40,933 nucleotides of DNA from Rubrivirga sp. Lineage in GTDB: Bacteria > Bacteroidota > Rhodothermia > Rhodothermales > Rubricoccaceae. The stretch is from contig NZ_JBARYR010000319.1 of NCBI RefSeq assembly GCF_049648075.1, forward strand, positions 1 to 40,933, given 5' to 3'. Made by a program: the position numbers and the translations under genes. The notes under the pieces are model-generated. The model did no database searches. It saw only the letters and a list, made by a program, of their open reading frames with translations, and was not told the origin of the DNA. Position 1 is the first letter of the stretch; each line of letters starts with the position of its first letter. Positions 1-12,175 of the stretch are shown in pieces.

Positions 1-81
1 TTGGACGAGACCGTATCGCTCGTCCTCGATGTCGACAAGGTGCACCTGTTCGACCGCGGGTCCGGCGCGGCGCTGGCCTAG
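1..81 (+). CDS. 3' end of sugar ABC transporter ATP-binding protein (MalK/UgpC-like), partial
   Basis: Frame 1 reads LDETVSLVLDVDKVHLFDRGSGAALA*. The HLFD..G tail is typical of MalK-family TOBE C-termini. Confidence 0.6.
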   Translation: MDETVSLVLDVDKVHLFDRGSGAALA

Positions 82-115
82 TGCGGCAGCCGAGGCATGG
101 CGCGGAACACACTGC

Positions 116-143
116 ACTCCCGATAACGTTTATTATCGAACCG
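116..143. other. dif-like tyrosine-recombinase core site (11-bp arm, 6-bp spacer, 11-bp arm)
   Basis: ACTCCCGATAA-CGTTTA-TTATCGAACCG. The inner CGATAA/TTATCG is a perfect inverted repeat around a 6-bp spacer, the same ATAA-N6-TTAT geometry as dif. It ends 16 bp before the recombinase ATG. Confidence 0.75.
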
Positions 144-159
144 TCCGATCACACCGTCC

Positions 160-1095
160 ATGACTGACCTTGCGGAAGCCGGCACTGCCCGTCTCGGTCG
201 AGCGTTCAGTGCCCAGTCCGACTTGATCCCGCTCTTTCTGCTCCGCTACGATCGCGAAAACACAAGGCGCGCCTACCGGCGTGATCTCATCACGCTGTTC
301 GGGTCCGACGTCGTGACCCTAGAGATGGCTTCTGCTGTGACGTTCACCGCGATCAACGAAGCGGTCGTTTGTTTGGAGTCCCTCGGGAAAAGTCCGGCGA
401 CGCTGCGCAGACATTTGGCGTCATGGCGCGGGTTCTTCTCGTGGCTCACCGCACTCGGGTTTATAGACCTGAATCCGGCAGACCGCCATCTCGTCCGGCG
501 GATCCCCAAAGGAGCTAGCGACCAACTCATCACGGTCTTAACGAAGGACCAAGCATCCGGCATGCTGGACTCAATAGACCAATCTACGGACTCAGGGTAT
601 CGCGACTACGTACTAATCAGCACGCTGCTCAACTGCGTCTTGCGGCGATCTGAGGCTGCAGCCATGAACGTTGAGGACCTCGGCACGTCCTCAGGCCATA
701 CTGTCTTAACCATTCGGAAAGCCAAGGGTGGATCTAATCAGGTCGTTAAAGTCCCTGACCGATTGTCTGTCCTCATCGACACGTACATACAGCACCACGA
801 ATATTCCACGGGTCCGCTCTGGAGATCGTTTTCTACGAACCAATCCCGCGGGCGCCGCCTATCGGGTTCATCGATCTACAAGATCGTCAGAAAGCACGGA
901 GAAAGATCAGGAATCTCAGCGCGTGTAGGTGCTCATACATTACGTCATACAGGGTGCACCCTGGCAATCGAGGGCGGCGCGTCCCTGCAACAAGTTCAGT
1001 CCCATGCCAGACATAAGAACATAGAAACCACGATGCGATACGTACATCAGCGTGACAAGCTGGCCAATAGCGCAGCCGATTTCATAGATCTATAG
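160..1095 (+). CDS. Tyrosine recombinase, XerC/XerD-like
   Basis: N-terminal SAM-like domain ([21 protein letters not shown]...FFSWL). All catalytic motifs present: R (LRRSE), K (KAKGG), HxxR (HTLRH), H (ARHKN), Y (TMRY). Confidence 0.93.
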   Translation: MTDLAEAGTARLGRAFSAQSDLIPLFLLRYDRENTRRAYRRDLITLFGSDVVTLEMASAVTFTAINEAVVCLESLGKSPATLRRHLASWRGFFSWLTALGFIDLNPADRHLVRRIPKGASDQLITVLTKDQASGMLDSIDQSTDSGYRDYVLISTLLNCVLRRSEAAAMNVEDLGTSSGHTVLTIRKAKGGSNQVVKVPDRLSVLIDTYIQHHEYSTGPLWRSFSTNQSRGRRLSGSSIYKIVRKHGERSGISARVGAHTLRHTGCTLAIEGGASLQQVQSHARHKNIETTMRYVHQRDKLANSAADFIDL

Positions 1096-1096
1096 A

Positions 1097-2620
1097 ATGA
1101 ATTACGACCTTATCGTTGTTGGCGCTGGTCACAACGCTCTCATCTCAGCTGCCTACGCAGCCAAAGCTGGATACCGTGTTGGTGTCTTTGAGCGCAGGGA
1201 CGTCGTCGGCGGAGCCGTCTCGACGGTTGAGCATGTCCCGGGCTATCAATTTGATCTAGGGGGATCCGCTCACATTTTAATCCGACTGACACCTATCGTC
1301 GAGGAGTTGGGTCTAGAAGAGTATGGACTTGAGTACCTCGAGGTCGACCCGTTGTTCTTCTCTCCCTACGAAGACGGATCGTCCGTTACGATCTACCGTG
1401 ACTTAGACCAAACGTGTCATGGGATTGACCTCCAGTTCCCCGGAGAAGGCGCTCGATACAAAGCGTTCTCGGATACCTGGGCACCGTTTTCAAACACGGT
1501 CAAAGACGTCTTCTTGTCTACTCCGAGCCCACTTGAGCTCGGCAAGACGTTCGCTCTGGGTGGATCTGCAGATATAGACTGGCAGAATGCGCTTTCAGCG
1601 ATCATGCGGCCCTACGGGGAGGTCGTGGACCAGTACTTCGAGGAGGAGAAGGTCAAGACGCCTCTGGTCTGGATGGCGGCGCAGAGTGGCCCCCCTCCTA
1701 CTGAGACGATGAGTGCTCCGTTTCTCCTCTGGCACCCGCTGTATCATGAGAGCGGGATCGCTCGTCCTCGAGGGGGTTCGGGCGGTCTCACTAAGGCGCT
1801 CGCTTCCCTAATCGAAGCCTACGGGGGAGACGTGTTCACGTCGATGCCAGCTGAGAAGCTCCTGGTGAAAAACGGACGCGCCCAAGGCATCGTGGCTGCT
1901 GGCGAGACCTTCACGGCCAGAGCCGTGCTGTCCGGGACTCACATCCTGGAGACACTGAATCACCTCCTGCCTTCAGAACACCGACCGAAGGAAGCCGACA
2001 CGATGCGAGTCGGAAACGGGTTTGGGGCGATTTTGAGGCTGGCACTGGACAAGCCGGTGACATACGCCACTAAACCTGGACTCGAGTCGAGGACGGCGCT
2101 ACAGCTGATCTGCCGAGATCGCCAGCAGATCAACAGCGCCTACGCTGACTACCTGAAGGGGCAACCGGCTTCGGACCCTCCGATTGTGGGGATGAGCTTC
2201 TCCGCTGTCGACGATACGCTAGCACCTCCAGGGTGCGAAGTGCTTTGGCTTTGGGCACAGTACTTCCCGTACGATCTCTCTGCGGGACAGTCTTGGGACG
2301 ACATCGAGGACGAGGTGGCAGAGTCGATCCTCGACGCTTTTGAGCCCTACGCGCCTGGAACCAAGGCATCTGTCGTAGGACAGTTGTTTCAGCACCCATT
2401 GTGGCTCGAGCGCGAGCTGGGTCTGTTCCGGGGAAACGTAATGCACCTGGAGATGTCGATCGACCAGATGTTTGCTCTCAGGCCGTCGAGCGGACTCAGC
2501 GACTACAAGGGGCCTGTAGAAGGTCTGTTTCTGACAGGGGCCAGTATGCATCCGGGAGGAGGAATCATGGGCGCATCGGGGAGGAACGCCGCCCGAGTCG
2601 TTCTCAAGTACCTCGATTAG
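1097..2620 (+). CDS. crtO: FAD-dependent carotenoid ketolase (CrtO type, phytoene dehydrogenase family)
   Basis: GAGHNAL FAD motif, [31 protein letters not shown] and C-terminal [15 protein letters not shown], as I recall for Deinococcus-type CrtO. Confidence 0.85.
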   Translation: MNYDLIVVGAGHNALISAAYAAKAGYRVGVFERRDVVGGAVSTVEHVPGYQFDLGGSAHILIRLTPIVEELGLEEYGLEYLEVDPLFFSPYEDGSSVTIYRDLDQTCHGIDLQFPGEGARYKAFSDTWAPFSNTVKDVFLSTPSPLELGKTFALGGSADIDWQNALSAIMRPYGEVVDQYFEEEKVKTPLVWMAAQSGPPPTETMSAPFLLWHPLYHESGIARPRGGSGGLTKALASLIEAYGGDVFTSMPAEKLLVKNGRAQGIVAAGETFTARAVLSGTHILETLNHLLPSEHRPKEADTMRVGNGFGAILRLALDKPVTYATKPGLESRTALQLICRDRQQINSAYADYLKGQPASDPPIVGMSFSAVDDTLAPPGCEVLWLWAQYFPYDLSAGQSWDDIEDEVAESILDAFEPYAPGTKASVVGQLFQHPLWLERELGLFRGNVMHLEMSIDQMFALRPSSGLSDYKGPVEGLFLTGASMHPGGGIMGASGRNAARVVLKYLD

Positions 2621-2631
2621 TCAAAAGAGCC

Positions 2632-3687
2632 ATGGACGGGTCTACGAGATACTCTCGCCAGATCAGACTCGCCGAGGTCGGTGAAGCTGGCCAGGACCGC
2701 TTGAGGAGCGCGTCCGTAATCGTGATCGGAGCCGGAGGGCTTGGCTCACCTGCCCTGCACCACCTCGCCGGCTCGGGCGTCGGTACTCTTGGAGTCGTTG
2801 ACTTCGACAAAGTCGATCTCTCGAATCTGCATAGGCAGACACTATACTCTTCGTCAGATGTAGGTACGCACAAGACGGATTCAGCACGGAGGCGACTGAA
2901 TGACATTAATTCTGATGTAGTGATTCGAGAGCATCGGCTCAAGCTTGACGCCTCGAATGCTCGTGAGCTCCTGGATCAATACGACCTCGTCCTCGATGGG
3001 TCTGACACGTTCTCAACTCGGTACGTCGTGAACGAGGCGTCGGTAAGGACGCGGACTCCGAACGTGTTCGCGTCGGTGAACCAGTTTTCAGGACAGGCGT
3101 CGGTATTTGGCACAGAAAACGGACCTTGCTACCGGTGTCTGTTTCCGGAACCGCCGCCTCAAGGCCTTATCCCGAACTGTGACGAAGGTGGCGTCCTGGG
3201 CGTCGTTCCGGCGATGCTGGGAACTGTACAAGCGACCGAGGCCCTGAAGCTGATCCTGGGGGTCGGGACGTCGCTTGTGGGACGGCTGTTCATGTACGAC
3301 GCTCTCGACCTGTCGAGCCGGGAGATCTCGATCGATAGGGACCCACATTGTCGCACCTGCGGAGACGGCGAGCCGATCGCAGATGACGCCTCGATCGCCG
3401 AGATATCCGCTGCAGAGCTTAGAGGACTCGTCGGCTCTAGAGCCTCGGTCGAACTGGTCGATGTCCGAACGCATGACGAGCGCGCCAAGCGGAGCATCGG
3501 CGGAACCCACATTCCAATCAGCCAGCTCGACGCGCGCATCGATGAGTTAGCCCCCCATCGAGGACGGGAGATCGTCGTGTACTGCGCCTCGGGCGTCCGG
3601 TCCGAGCGTGCTGCCAAGATCTTGCAGTCCCACGGTCATCGCGTGCGTTCACTACGAGGCGGGCTCAAATCATGGAACTTAGGCTAG
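2632..3687 (+). CDS. moeB: Molybdopterin-synthase adenylyltransferase with rhodanese domain (MoeB/MoeZ)
   Basis: RYSRQI, GAGGLGSP, DLSNLHRQ, CYRC and CRTC motifs, plus C-terminal rhodanese YCASGVRS. Start moved to ATG 2632, just after the crtO stop. Confidence 0.9.
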   Translation: MDGSTRYSRQIRLAEVGEAGQDRLRSASVIVIGAGGLGSPALHHLAGSGVGTLGVVDFDKVDLSNLHRQTLYSSSDVGTHKTDSARRRLNDINSDVVIREHRLKLDASNARELLDQYDLVLDGSDTFSTRYVVNEASVRTRTPNVFASVNQFSGQASVFGTENGPCYRCLFPEPPPQGLIPNCDEGGVLGVVPAMLGTVQATEALKLILGVGTSLVGRLFMYDALDLSSREISIDRDPHCRTCGDGEPIADDASIAEISAAELRGLVGSRASVELVDVRTHDERAKRSIGGTHIPISQLDARIDELAPHRGREIVVYCASGVRSERAAKILQSHGHRVRSLRGGLKSWNLG

Positions 3688-4610
3688 AGGGGCTGCCCAG
3701 CACCGTCTTCGTGATTGCAGGTCCTACCGCCGTCGGGAAGACGCGGCTGACGCTGGAGCTCGCGTCGAGGACGGGGGCCGAGATCGTCATCGCAGATAGT
3801 CGTCAGGTGTACAGAGGGTTTGACATCGGCACGGCCAAACCCACAGCCATCGAACAAGGCAGGGTCCGGCATCATCTCGTCGACTGTGTCGGTCCAGGAG
3901 ATGCGATCAGCGCCGGGTCGTGGTACAGGCGCTTCGAGGCCGTGGCCGCTGACGCTCGCTCGAGGTCGATCCCGTTGATCGTGACGGGTGGGTCGACGCT
4001 TTACGTCGACACTCTACTCAACGGCCCGTCCCCTATTCCTCCGCTCGCCTCATCGACACGTGCCGTCCTTGAGGACGAGTATGCACAGCCTCGAGGCCCT
4101 GAGGCGCTCTTTGACGAGTTGACTAAAAGCGACCCAGCCATCGCGAGAACCCTCGATTCGACAAAGAGGCAGCGTCTGATTCGCTACGTCGGGGTACTTC
4201 GAGAGACAGGATCGCTGCCGTCGCTACTACAGGCTGACGCTCGGAAGCTTAAATTGAAGACTCACGTCATCGTTCTGTTTCGGCCTCGAAAGGAGCTGTA
4301 CCAGAGAATCGAACGCCGCGTTGACAGCATGATCGAGAGCGGCCTGCTCGAAGAAGTTCAAGCGCTCCTTGGCCGAGGCGCTGCAGACACGCTCGCGTCG
4401 ACGATCGGGTACCAGGAGCTTCTTCCCGTCCTCGATGGGACCCGCTCCCTCGAGGACGGAATCCGACTCGTCAAGCGCAACACGAGGCGCTACGCAAAGC
4501 GCCAGCTGACCTGGTTCCGGCGCTACCCGTCAGCCACATGGATGGACGCGCGTACCACCACGCCAGAGCGCGTCCTCGAGATCGCGGCCTCACGGCCCAC
4601 CCAGAAGTAG
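3672..4610 (+). CDS. miaA: tRNA dimethylallyltransferase
   Basis: GPTAVGKT, DSRQVYRGFDIGTAKP, GGSTLY, TRRYAKRQLTWFR. Confidence 0.95.
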   Translation: MELRLEGLPSTVFVIAGPTAVGKTRLTLELASRTGAEIVIADSRQVYRGFDIGTAKPTAIEQGRVRHHLVDCVGPGDAISAGSWYRRFEAVAADARSRSIPLIVTGGSTLYVDTLLNGPSPIPPLASSTRAVLEDEYAQPRGPEALFDELTKSDPAIARTLDSTKRQRLIRYVGVLRETGSLPSLLQADARKLKLKTHVIVLFRPRKELYQRIERRVDSMIESGLLEEVQALLGRGAADTLASTIGYQELLPVLDGTRSLEDGIRLVKRNTRRYAKRQLTWFRRYPSATWMDARTTTPERVLEIAASRPTQK

Positions 4611-5851
4611 ATCAAGGCTGCTCCTCCCCATCCGACGATCATGACCGGCCAGTCGGTCCCCTCGAGGACGTACCCGAGGTAGGTCACGCTCGAGATCGTT
4701 GCGATCCACACGAGTGCCCATCGCAGGGCTCGGTCCTCGATGAGAGTGGCCACGAACAGGACCGGGACGAAGTACCAAGGATGAAGGGTCGACGTCACGG
4801 CCGCAGCTCCAACGAGCGTGACTGCTATCGCGTGGATCGCGGAGCGTCGCGACCCATCGTCGCTGAGCAACGCGATACCCACGGTAAGTGCCCACAAGGC
4901 GGTGAGGACTAGGCTAGAGATGCGCCCAGCGAGGTCTCCAAACAGCGGATACGTCAGCGCTTTCAAGGAGCGATAGGGCAGCGCATACTGGTCGAGCGTC
5001 CCCAGGAACAGACCGAGGGATTGCCCGGCGTTCCCTAGGGCCGATGGTGACCAAAACAAAGCCGTGGCGACGAAGGCTGTGACCATCATCCAAACGGCAG
5101 ACCTCCAACCACCACGTCTAAGGGAGATGACGCTTACGGGGGCGGGTGCGAGCTTGGTGAGCGTCGCCACAACTGCGCCGATTCCCGTCGCCGCTGGGGA
5201 GTGTGTCAGCCCCCAGAGCACGAGCGCGATGCCAAACACAACGATGCCCTCCGTGTGTCCCTGTCCCGCGACCTCGAGGACGACGAGTGGGTTCAGCGCG
5301 TACAGAGCTAACAATTTCGGGCCGACAAGGCGGCTCAAGATTGCGATCGCCGTTAGCTCTAATGCCAGCAGAATCGCCTTCAGGACGTACCAACTCCCCT
5401 GCCACCCCCAATCGGCGTAGACGAAGGCCGACGCAGCAAAGACCAACTGGCTAATTGGCGGATAGACCGAGTAGTAGTCTGGAGAGTTGAGGCGACCATA
5501 GACGGGGTCACTCTGCCAGTTCTCGAGAGAGGGATCTGACGGTAGGACCAGATAGGGTGAGACATCTGCTTCGACTCGCACGACTCCGTCCCAGATGTAC
5601 CTGAAGCCGTCGTCTGAAAGGACCGGCAGCATCGGGAACACCAGGATCCTCAGAGCTACTGCTGTGAGAATGACATGTCGTGTAGTGGGCTCCCACCTGA
5701 GAAGCGCGGCGACGAGAGCTCCGCTAGCCACGAGGTGCAGGACGACGAGGACGACTCGCCACGTCGCACCGTCGCTCGGGGCGCGCGCGGTCCACGCCAA
5801 CCCGGTTGCAAGCACGATGCCTGGACCGACCCACCGCAGTGTGCCCTTCAC
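4523..5851 (-). CDS. Polytopic membrane glycosyltransferase (GT87/DUF2029-like, GT-C fold)
   Basis: Many TM segments; LSDDGFRYIWDG, YSVYPP, LNPLVVLE..GQGH and LHPWY motifs. The GTG start overlaps the upstream stop. Confidence 0.7.
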   Translation of the reverse strand: MKGTLRWVGPGIVLATGLAWTARAPSDGATWRVVLVVLHLVASGALVAALLRWEPTTRHVILTAVALRILVFPMLPVLSDDGFRYIWDGVVRVEADVSPYLVLPSDPSLENWQSDPVYGRLNSPDYYSVYPPISQLVFAASAFVYADWGWQGSWYVLKAILLALELTAIAILSRLVGPKLLALYALNPLVVLEVAGQGHTEGIVVFGIALVLWGLTHSPAATGIGAVVATLTKLAPAPVSVISLRRGGWRSAVWMMVTAFVATALFWSPSALGNAGQSLGLFLGTLDQYALPYRSLKALTYPLFGDLAGRISSLVLTALWALTVGIALLSDDGSRRSAIHAIAVTLVGAAAVTSTLHPWYFVPVLFVATLIEDRALRWALVWIATISSVTYLGYVLEGTDWPVMIVGWGGAALIYFWVGREAAISRTRSGVVVRASIHVADG

Positions 5852-6228
5852 CTCGTCGATCTGATCGTCACGGTTAAACTCCCGTCCTCGAGGACGGTCA
5901 CGACGTCAGCGAGAGCCGTCAAAATAAAGAGACCGCGGCCGTCCTCTGCGAACGGATCCTGAGGGAGTGCCGCGTCCTCGAGTCGTTGTCGCGATGGCCC
6001 CATGCCGTTGTCGGTCACGCGGATGATCAATCCTTCGGCCTCGAGGGCGTACCGCAGAACGACCTCTCCTGACCCGTGCTCGATCGAGTTCGAGACCGCT
6101 TCGCTCACGCTCAGCACGGCGCGATCGACGTCCTGATCGCTCCAGCCCCGTTGGTGGAGATAGTCCCCCAACGCGTCGCTAGCGACCGCGATGGACTGGA
6201 TGTCCCGAGGGAGCGTCGTCTCGGGCAT
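5848..6228 (-). CDS. RsbW/SpoIIAB-like anti-sigma factor kinase (HATPase_c)
   Basis: SEAVSNSIEHG (N box), DNGMG (G1), GRGLFIL (G2); 126 aa. Confidence 0.85.
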   Translation of the reverse strand: MPETTLPRDIQSIAVASDALGDYLHQRGWSDQDVDRAVLSVSEAVSNSIEHGSGEVVLRYALEAEGLIIRVTDNGMGPSRQRLEDAALPQDPFAEDGRGLFILTALADVVTVLEDGSLTVTIRSTR

Positions 6229-7075
6229 GGGCGAAGGCAGTTAGGGCGGTTGCGCCAAGAAGGTACCGTACTAGGCGGCGGCGGAGCGTGCCAGGCGGAA
6301 GCCGCGAGACGGCGCTGCGGGCGAGGGGTATCGTATGGCGCACGAACGGGGCAAGCGGTCTGAATCGCTTGATCGGGCCCGGCGAGACACCCTCGGGTTG
6401 CAAGACCAGCGAGCGCCCATAGTCACCCGCGTTCTCGAGGGCGCGACCCAAGTCTCCGATGTCGTGAAGGGTGACGTAAGGTTGGGCGAGCCTTAAACCG
6501 GTCGGATCGACGGCAGCGAGTCGCTGCGCGAGTGCCTGATCTTCTCCATACGGGACCGCCTCATCAAAACCTCCGACGGCCTTGAGTGTCTCGCGCGAGA
6601 TCGCGCAGGCTCCGGTGACGAAATACCGCCAGTCGAGAGCGGCGCCGGCCTCGAGGTCGCCGTCCGGCCCCCTGGAGTATCGAGATGCGTAGTCCTGGTA
6701 CGGCTCATCAGGGTGGTCCGCAACAGGCTTCAGGCGCGCTACGCTCGCTGTCGCTCGACTGTCAATTTGATTAGCTAAACCAATAACGGATCCTATAGAG
6801 GGTGCAACGTCAGCGTCAAAGAAGACGACCGTCTGACCTATCGTTGCGGCGACACCCCTGTTTCTAGCTGCCGAGCGTCCCCGGTTCGTGCCGAGGCCCA
6901 ACACTTTCGCGCGGGGGTCGTGGCCCACAAGCTCATCGAGGACGGCCCTCGTCGCGTCCGTGGATCCGTCATCGACCCACACGACCTCATCCACACCGTG
7001 GGCCGCCAGCACGGCAGGTACGCTGAGCCGGAGGATCTCAGCACCATTGAAAACTGCGATTACAACGGACGTCAC
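6179..7075 (-). CDS. Glycosyltransferase family 2
   Basis: SVVIAVFN, VDDGSTD, GRSAARNRG, FFDAD, GGFDE..YGED. Start placed at GTG 7075 (GTGA overlap with the upstream stop). Confidence 0.88.
   Translation of the reverse strand: MTSVVIAVFNGAEILRLSVPAVLAAHGVDEVVWVDDGSTDATRAVLDELVGHDPRAKVLGLGTNRGRSAARNRGVAATIGQTVVFFDADVAPSIGSVIGLANQIDSRATASVARLKPVADHPDEPYQDYASRYSRGPDGDLEAGAALDWRYFVTGACAISRETLKAVGGFDEAVPYGEDQALAQRLAAVDPTGLRLAQPYVTLHDIGDLGRALENAGDYGRSLVLQPEGVSPGPIKRFRPLAPFVRHTIPLARSAVSRLPPGTLRRRLVRYLLGATALTAFAHARDDAPSGHPVHRGR
6779..6789 (+). repeat. Degenerate polar motif copy ACCAATAACGG (in GT2 gene)
   Basis: 9/11 match, same strand, within an AT-rich patch. Confidence 0.5.
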
Positions 7076-8115
7076 GAGAGACTCTTTAAGAGGAGCCTCT
7101 CGAACTCTGCCGTAGAGGACTCCCATGAGAAGCGAGCGACGTCCTCGAGGGCCTGGTTAGCATAACGGGTGTTGAGCTCCTCGTCTTCGAGCAGTCTCAC
7201 AGCCCCGTCGGCCAGGGCATCGGCATCTCCAACAGGTACCTCGATCATGGACGATCCAGGAGTGAGGTACTCCCGAGGTCCCCTACTCGACGTCGCCACG
7301 ATCGCACACCCGCACGCTGCTGCCTCCATAGGCAAAAGGCCCCACCCTTCGATCGTGCTCGTGTGGAGGCATACGCGCGACCCATTGAGGATGTCACTCA
7401 ATTCGACGGCCGTCGGCCGGACATGAACATCTACCCACGACGGCAGCGAATGACTAGGCCGCCGGGCTGCGATGACGGTCGCAGTCGCAGATGGTGCGCG
7501 CGACCTGACCTGCTCCAGAGTCGAAATCAGTGTTGCCGGCCCTTTCACGACGTGCCGATGATAAAGGGCGACGACGTGGTGAGGGCGACTTTCTATCGTG
7601 CGCTTGCATCCGAATGTTTGCTTGTCGACAGCATTGGGGACGACGCCTGAGACGTGGTGTCCAGCGTCTTCGAGCAGTCGCCGTAGCCAGCCTGACACGG
7701 TGATCCGTACGAGCGGAAGGCTCCAGGTCTGGTGCGCAGTAGCGGACAGAGCGCGCTCGTCTCCTTGTATAAGGTAAACCCCCCTACCTGTGTTCTTTGA
7801 TACCCAGCTAGCCGTTTGATGACCAGTTGCAATAACGGCATTATATCCACTTAGCTCTACCGCTTTGGTAGAGGACGGCTCCCAGACTACTACACCACGC
7901 GAATCGTAAGGCGTGTTGGAAGCGACGCCGTGCGCTCGGTCTCGAATGGCGACCAGGCCACGCTTTGCAAACGAGAGCGCTCCTCCCCACGATTTGGGAG
8001 CGATGACCGTCACTCGATGCCCTCGCTCTGCGAGACGGCGAGCATGGCCGAAGACGACCGCGGCACCACCCATCGGAACTCGTACCGGACCAGGCAGCAC
8101 AAACGCGATGTCCAT
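7072..8115 (-). CDS. Glycosyltransferase family 4 (GT-B)
   Basis: MDIAFVLP..GGAAVV..RGHRVTV; C-terminal STIEGWGLLPMEAAACG (EX7E). Confidence 0.88.
   Translation of the reverse strand: MDIAFVLPGPVRVPMGGAAVVFGHARRLAERGHRVTVIAPKSWGGALSFAKRGLVAIRDRAHGVASNTPYDSRGVVVWEPSSTKAVELSGYNAVIATGHQTASWVSKNTGRGVYLIQGDERALSATAHQTWSLPLVRITVSGWLRRLLEDAGHHVSGVVPNAVDKQTFGCKRTIESRPHHVVALYHRHVVKGPATLISTLEQVRSRAPSATATVIAARRPSHSLPSWVDVHVRPTAVELSDILNGSRVCLHTSTIEGWGLLPMEAAACGCAIVATSSRGPREYLTPGSSMIEVPVGDADALADGAVRLLEDEELNTRYANQALEDVARFSWESSTAEFERLLLKSLS
7828..7838 (+). repeat. TGCAATAACGG polar motif copy 1 (in GT4 gene)
   Basis: Exact 11-mer. Confidence 0.85.
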
Positions 8116-8137
8116 ATGAGCTTCCGAGAAGGACGTC

Positions 8138-10692
<2,555 letters not shown>

Positions 10693-11529
10693 CTAGTACA
10701 GGATGTGTTTGAGCTTGACAGACCGGCGCAGCGTGTTGACCTCGTGTTCCTCGAGCCGCCGCCATCGTCCGCGCTTCAGCCCGTCGAGAGTGAGCCCGGC
10801 ATAGGCTACTCGCTCCAAGCTGACGACGCGCCGGCCGAGGGCTCGTGTCATCCGACGCACCTGGCGATTTCTTCCCTCGTGCAGCTGCAACGCGATAGAG
10901 CGTCGGTCGCTGTCCGGGAAGAATGCGTGGTCTGCCCGCGCCGGGCCGTCCTCGAGGTCGACGCCGTTCAAGAGCTTGTCGAGGTCCGAAGGGTCGAAGG
11001 GCGCGTCAGCGGTGACGATGTACGTCTTGACGGCGCCGTAGCTCGGGTGCATGAGACGGTGGGCCAAGTCGCCATCCGTCGTGAGCAGCAGCGCGCCCGT
11101 CGTGTTCCGGTCGAGGCGGCCCACAGGAAATAGCGCCGATTTGATCCTGCCAGGAATCGAGACCAGGTCCATGACCGTTTTTCGTCCTCGATCGTCGGTC
11201 ACCGTCGTAATGGCGTCCGTCGGCTTGTTGAGCAAGATGTAGGCGAGGTCCGTCGGCTGGACCGGTTTTCCGTCGACCTCGACGCGGTCGGCGTCCGACA
11301 CGCGGACGCCCATCTCGGCCGACACCTCGCCGTTGACCGTGACGCGCCCCGACGCGATGATGGTGTCGGCCTCGCGGCGCGAACCGACGCCCGCCCTCGC
11401 CAGGAACTTGTTCAAGCGAATCGGGCCGGTGTCCTCACCAGGCGGCTCGTTGTGAGACGCTCGCTGTTTCCGCTCGGCCTGGTGCCGACGGCGGATCGAC
11501 GCGTCGCCACCTGCGCGTCCTTTACTCAT
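10693..11529 (-). CDS. rluB: rRNA pseudouridine synthase RluB/RsuA family with S4 domain
   Basis: RLNKFLARAGVGSRREAD, LLNKP, VGRLD, EGRNRQVRRM. ATG 11529 overlaps the scpB stop; scpA-scpB-rluB order. Confidence 0.9.
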   Translation of the reverse strand: MSKGRAGGDASIRRRHQAERKQRASHNEPPGEDTGPIRLNKFLARAGVGSRREADTIIASGRVTVNGEVSAEMGVRVSDADRVEVDGKPVQPTDLAYILLNKPTDAITTVTDDRGRKTVMDLVSIPGRIKSALFPVGRLDRNTTGALLLTTDGDLAHRLMHPSYGAVKTYIVTADAPFDPSDLDKLLNGVDLEDGPARADHAFFPDSDRRSIALQLHEGRNRQVRRMTRALGRRVVSLERVAYAGLTLDGLKRGRWRRLEEHEVNTLRRSVKLKHILY

Positions 11530-12175
11530 TTGTCGCTTCGGTGTTGGGTGAGGGCGATGCCAAGTCTGCGAGCAACCGTGCACGCTCGCGGTTGAACGCG
11601 GGGTCCGCCAAGAGCTCCTCGATCTCGCGAGGAGCCGGGAGATCCGACGTAGCCTCCAGGCCAAACTGGTCGAGGAATCGCTCGGTCGTCGCGTAGAGGA
11701 GTGGCCGGCCGACACCCTCTCCCCGACCGCTGATCGTGATAAAGTCACGTTCCAGGAGCTGCCGCACAGCGTAGTCGGACCCTACGCCCCGCACGTGGTC
11801 GATCTCAGCCCTGGTGACGGGTTGTTTGTATGCAATAACGGACAACGTTTCCAAAAGCGACTTCGAGAGTCGCCGGGTGGCATCGTCCTCGAAGAGCGCC
11901 GCCGGAAACGCTGAGACCTCGTCGATGGTCGCCATACGGAGACCGCCCGCCCAGCGCCGAATCCGGAAGGCGCGCCCACCCTCTTGGTAGGACACGTTGA
12001 GACGGTCGACACTGTGACCGACCTGCTCGCTCGACACCTCCACCCCTGTCACCTCGGAGTAGCACCGAGCAACGTCCTCCTCGCGAAGCGGGACGTCACT
12101 GGCGAACACCAACGACTCGACGGCCTGATCGAACGTGTCCGATACGAAGTCTTCCGGGGAGCGCTCAGTCATCAC
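11522..12175 (-). CDS. scpB: SMC-Scp complex subunit ScpB
   Basis: VESLVFAS, LSKSLLETLSVIAYKQPVTRAEIDHVRGV, GRPLLYATTERFLDQFGL. Confidence 0.95.
   Translation of the reverse strand: MMTERSPEDFVSDTFDQAVESLVFASDVPLREEDVARCYSEVTGVEVSSEQVGHSVDRLNVSYQEGGRAFRIRRWAGGLRMATIDEVSAFPAALFEDDATRRLSKSLLETLSVIAYKQPVTRAEIDHVRGVGSDYAVRQLLERDFITISGRGEGVGRPLLYATTERFLDQFGLEATSDLPAPREIEELLADPAFNRERARLLADLASPSPNTEATNE
11831..11841 (+). repeat. TGCAATAACGG polar motif copy 2 (in scpB)
   Basis: Exact 11-mer. Confidence 0.85.

Noticed and set aside
7160..7170. GCATAACGG as another polar-motif copy (also CCGTTATCGG near 10229)
   Set aside because: Only the ATAACGG core matches, which is too short to separate from chance.
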